DNA of 64,000 nt from Bacillota bacterium (GTDB lineage Bacteria > Bacillota > JAAYKD01), in NCBI GenBank assembly GCA_963666425.2, contig OY762825.2, forward strand, positions 2,496,001 through 2,560,000, written 5' to 3'. The number at the start of each line of letters is the position of its first letter. The first letter of the stretch is position 1. A program made the translations under genes and the position numbers. Shown piece by piece: positions 61,761 through 64,000 of this stretch. The notes under the pieces are model-generated. The model did not search any database. It was not told the DNA's origin and saw only the letters and a program-made list of their open reading frames with translations.

Positions 61761-64000
61761 ATGATAGGCAATCATGACGGAAGACCAAACCCAGATGTTT
61801 TGCTGGAGCGAATTCAATCCGACGAAGAGGAAAAAGTAGGCAAGCTGAAGGTGTTTTTCGGATACGCGGCAGGTGTAGGCAAAACATATGCCATGCTGGA
61901 CGATGCAAAGGAACAATTTAAAAACGGTGTCGATGTCTTGGTCGGATATGTGGAACCACATACACGGCCTGATACGATGCGATTACTGGAAGGACTACCA
62001 ATACTGCCTCCGCTCGTTGTTCCGTATAAAAACCTGCAGCTTAAAGAATTCGATCTGGATGCGGCGCTTTTACGCAAACCTAAACTGATTCTAGTCGATG
62101 AGCTCGCTCACACAAATCCTGTGGGAGTTCGAAATAGAAAAAGATATCAGGACATTGAAGAGCTTCTCAAAGCGGGAATTGATGTTTTTACGACCATCAA
62201 TGTACAGCATATCGAAAGCCTGAATGATGTAGTAGAGGATATTACTAAAATTCAGGTGAAAGAAACTGTACCCGATTCTATCTTCGACAAAGCTGACATG
62301 GTAAAGCTCATTGATATTGAACCTGACGAGCTTTTAAGGCGTTTTGAGAACGGCAAAATCTATTCTCCTGAAAGAGCAGAGATGGCGCGCAATCATTTCT
62401 TTATCAGAGAAAACCTACGGCTTTTACGAGAAATTGCAATGCGCAAGGCAACGGACCGAATCAGTCACGGCAATCAAAATGAATTGAAAATGGCAGAAAA
62501 AATGGCCAGCGCAAAAATTCTTGTCTGCATCGGCACTTCTCCATCCTCCGCCAGATGCATCCGGTGGACGGCGAGGACGGCTGAGGCTTTTCATGCATCC
62601 TGGGTTGCGGCCTACGTTGAAGCGATTGACAACCGATACTTAGCTGAAAGTGAGAAAAAAAATATCAAAGCCAATTTCGATTTGGCGGAACAGCTTGGTG
62701 GAGAAATTGTGACACTGAATGGTGACGATCTTGCAGCAGTGGTTTCCGAATATGCCCGGCTTTCGGGAATCACGAATATTGTCGTAGGTAAAAGCAGAAA
62801 CAAGAAGACACTCAAGAATTATTTCGAAATTGATCTTGAAGATAAGCTCGTTACCCTTCTGCCAAATGTTGAAATTCATATCATCCCCAGCAATCCATCG
62901 CAAAAGGCCTATAAGAAGGCAAGAAAAAGGCAACATGGCCCGAGTGTTTCCTTTTCTGTAGCCGACACATTAAAAACCTTAGGCTGCTTAATTGCGGCAA
63001 CCCTGATCTGCAAAGTTCTGCAGGTACTGAATATTGGTGATCAAAACATCATCATGGTCTATATCTTATCTGTTCTGGTTGTTTCCCGAATGACGATGGG
63101 TTATGCTTATGGTGTGATCGCATCCATTCTCAGCGTACTTACTTTTAACTTTTTCTTTACTGTGCCTTATTATACGTTCAATGCAATTCAACCAGGTTAT
63201 CCGGTCACATTTCTCGTTATGCTGCTGATCGCGCTGATCACAAGCGCCCTCACTTTTCGGGTAAAAGCACAGGCGCAGTTGGCTGTACAGCGTGAAAGGC
63301 GCACAGAGGTTTTGTATGAAATCAATAAAAAGCTACTAGCCACAAGAGGTCTTGACAGTATAGTGGAACTGACCAATGAAAATATGATAGAGATATTCAA
63401 GCGCTCTACCATTTTCTATACTATGGATCCAGAAAACCATTCAAATGGAAGCGTCATGCTGCAGTCACCCGAAGACAACGATGCTTCATTTTTGCTTACA
63501 GAAGATGAACGTGCGGTTGCGCATTGGGTATTCGTGAATCAGAAAAACGCCGGCGCAGGAACAGATACATTGATGGGAGCAAGCGCATTTTACATACCGG
63601 TTATTTCTCAGAGCAAGGTCCTGGGAGTGATCGGACTTTCATGCATGAAAGGGGAGCTCGATCAGCATAGCCGACTATTCCTGCAAATGATTCTGTCACA
63701 GGTGGCAATGGCTCTGGAACGACAAAGACTAACTGATGAGCAACGGCAGATATTAATTGAATCAGAAAGAGAAAAGATGAGAAGTAATCTTCTCAGGTCG
63801 ATTTCGCATGACTTACGCACTCCATTAATGTGTATTTCCGGTGCAGTATCAGCCATTCTTGAAAGTGGTGAAACACTTGATAAAGGAACTCATGACAAAT
63901 TTTTAACCAATATCAGAGACGATTCTCTGTGGCTGATTCGCATGGTCGAAAATATACTGTCCGTAACGCGCATTAGCGAAGGAGCTGCGAGCGTTTCGAA
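61761..64000 (+). CDS. kdpD: Sensor histidine kinase KdpD (truncated by window end; absent from ORF track)
   Basis: ATG at 61761 with gaggtg RBS; RPNPD, KLKVFFGYAAGVGKTYAML, VDELAHTN, Usp domain, TMs, ISHDLRTPL. Confidence 0.95.
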   Translation, partial: MIGNHDGRPNPDVLLERIQSDEEEKVGKLKVFFGYAAGVGKTYAMLDDAKEQFKNGVDVLVGYVEPHTRPDTMRLLEGLPILPPLVVPYKNLQLKEFDLDAALLRKPKLILVDELAHTNPVGVRNRKRYQDIEELLKAGIDVFTTINVQHIESLNDVVEDITKIQVKETVPDSIFDKADMVKLIDIEPDELLRRFENGKIYSPERAEMARNHFFIRENLRLLREIAMRKATDRISHGNQNELKMAEKMASAKILVCIGTSPSSARCIRWTARTAEAFHASWVAAYVEAIDNRYLAESEKKNIKANFDLAEQLGGEIVTLNGDDLAAVVSEYARLSGITNIVVGKSRNKKTLKNYFEIDLEDKLVTLLPNVEIHIIPSNPSQKAYKKARKRQHGPSVSFSVADTLKTLGCLIAATLICKVLQVLNIGDQNIIMVYILSVLVVSRMTMGYAYGVIASILSVLTFNFFFTVPYYTFNAIQPGYPVTFLVMLLIALITSALTFRVKAQAQLAVQRERRTEVLYEINKKLLATRGLDSIVELTNENMIEIFKRSTIFYTMDPENHSNGSVMLQSPEDNDASFLLTEDERAVAHWVFVNQKNAGAGTDTLMGASAFYIPVISQSKVLGVIGLSCMKGELDQHSRLFLQMILSQVAMALERQRLTDEQRQILIESEREKMRSNLLRSISHDLRTPLMCISGAVSAILESGETLDKGTHDKFLTNIRDDSLWLIRMVENILSVTRISEGAASVS

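Overview
Chromosomal window from an anaerobic Firmicute-like bacterium, inferred from consensus sigma-A promoters, a T-box leader, SipW and LctBCD-type Etf genes. Left to right: the 3' part of a giant Ig-like repeat surface protein, a SipW-type signal peptidase and a convergent PAS-GGDEF-HD-GYP gene. Next come glutaredoxin and asnS (Asn T-box), a 9-copy ~135-bp hairpin array, and a hydrolase-rich stretch (two M14 peptidases, amidohydrolase, cupin PGI, PMM/PGM, S9 peptidase, HtrA, serine hydrolase, deacetylase). These are followed by a MutM-CoaE fusion divergent from nfo, an atypical GGT, msrC, and larE-larB-larC behind a structured leader ending in a terminator. Then etfB-etfA-lctD, mtaD, tldD-tldE, carD, a GTAG-type REP cluster, a tgt-rmt(ArmA/Rmt family)-rsmI operon abutting an IS1182 element, an ABC exporter pair, and kdpFABCD (kdpD runs off the end). 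The best leads are the chromosomal Rmt-family methyltransferase operon next to an IS, the candidate riboswitch ahead of larEBC, and the hairpin array whose variants keep pairing mainly on the minus strand. All calls come from reading motifs by eye; no searches or computations were run.
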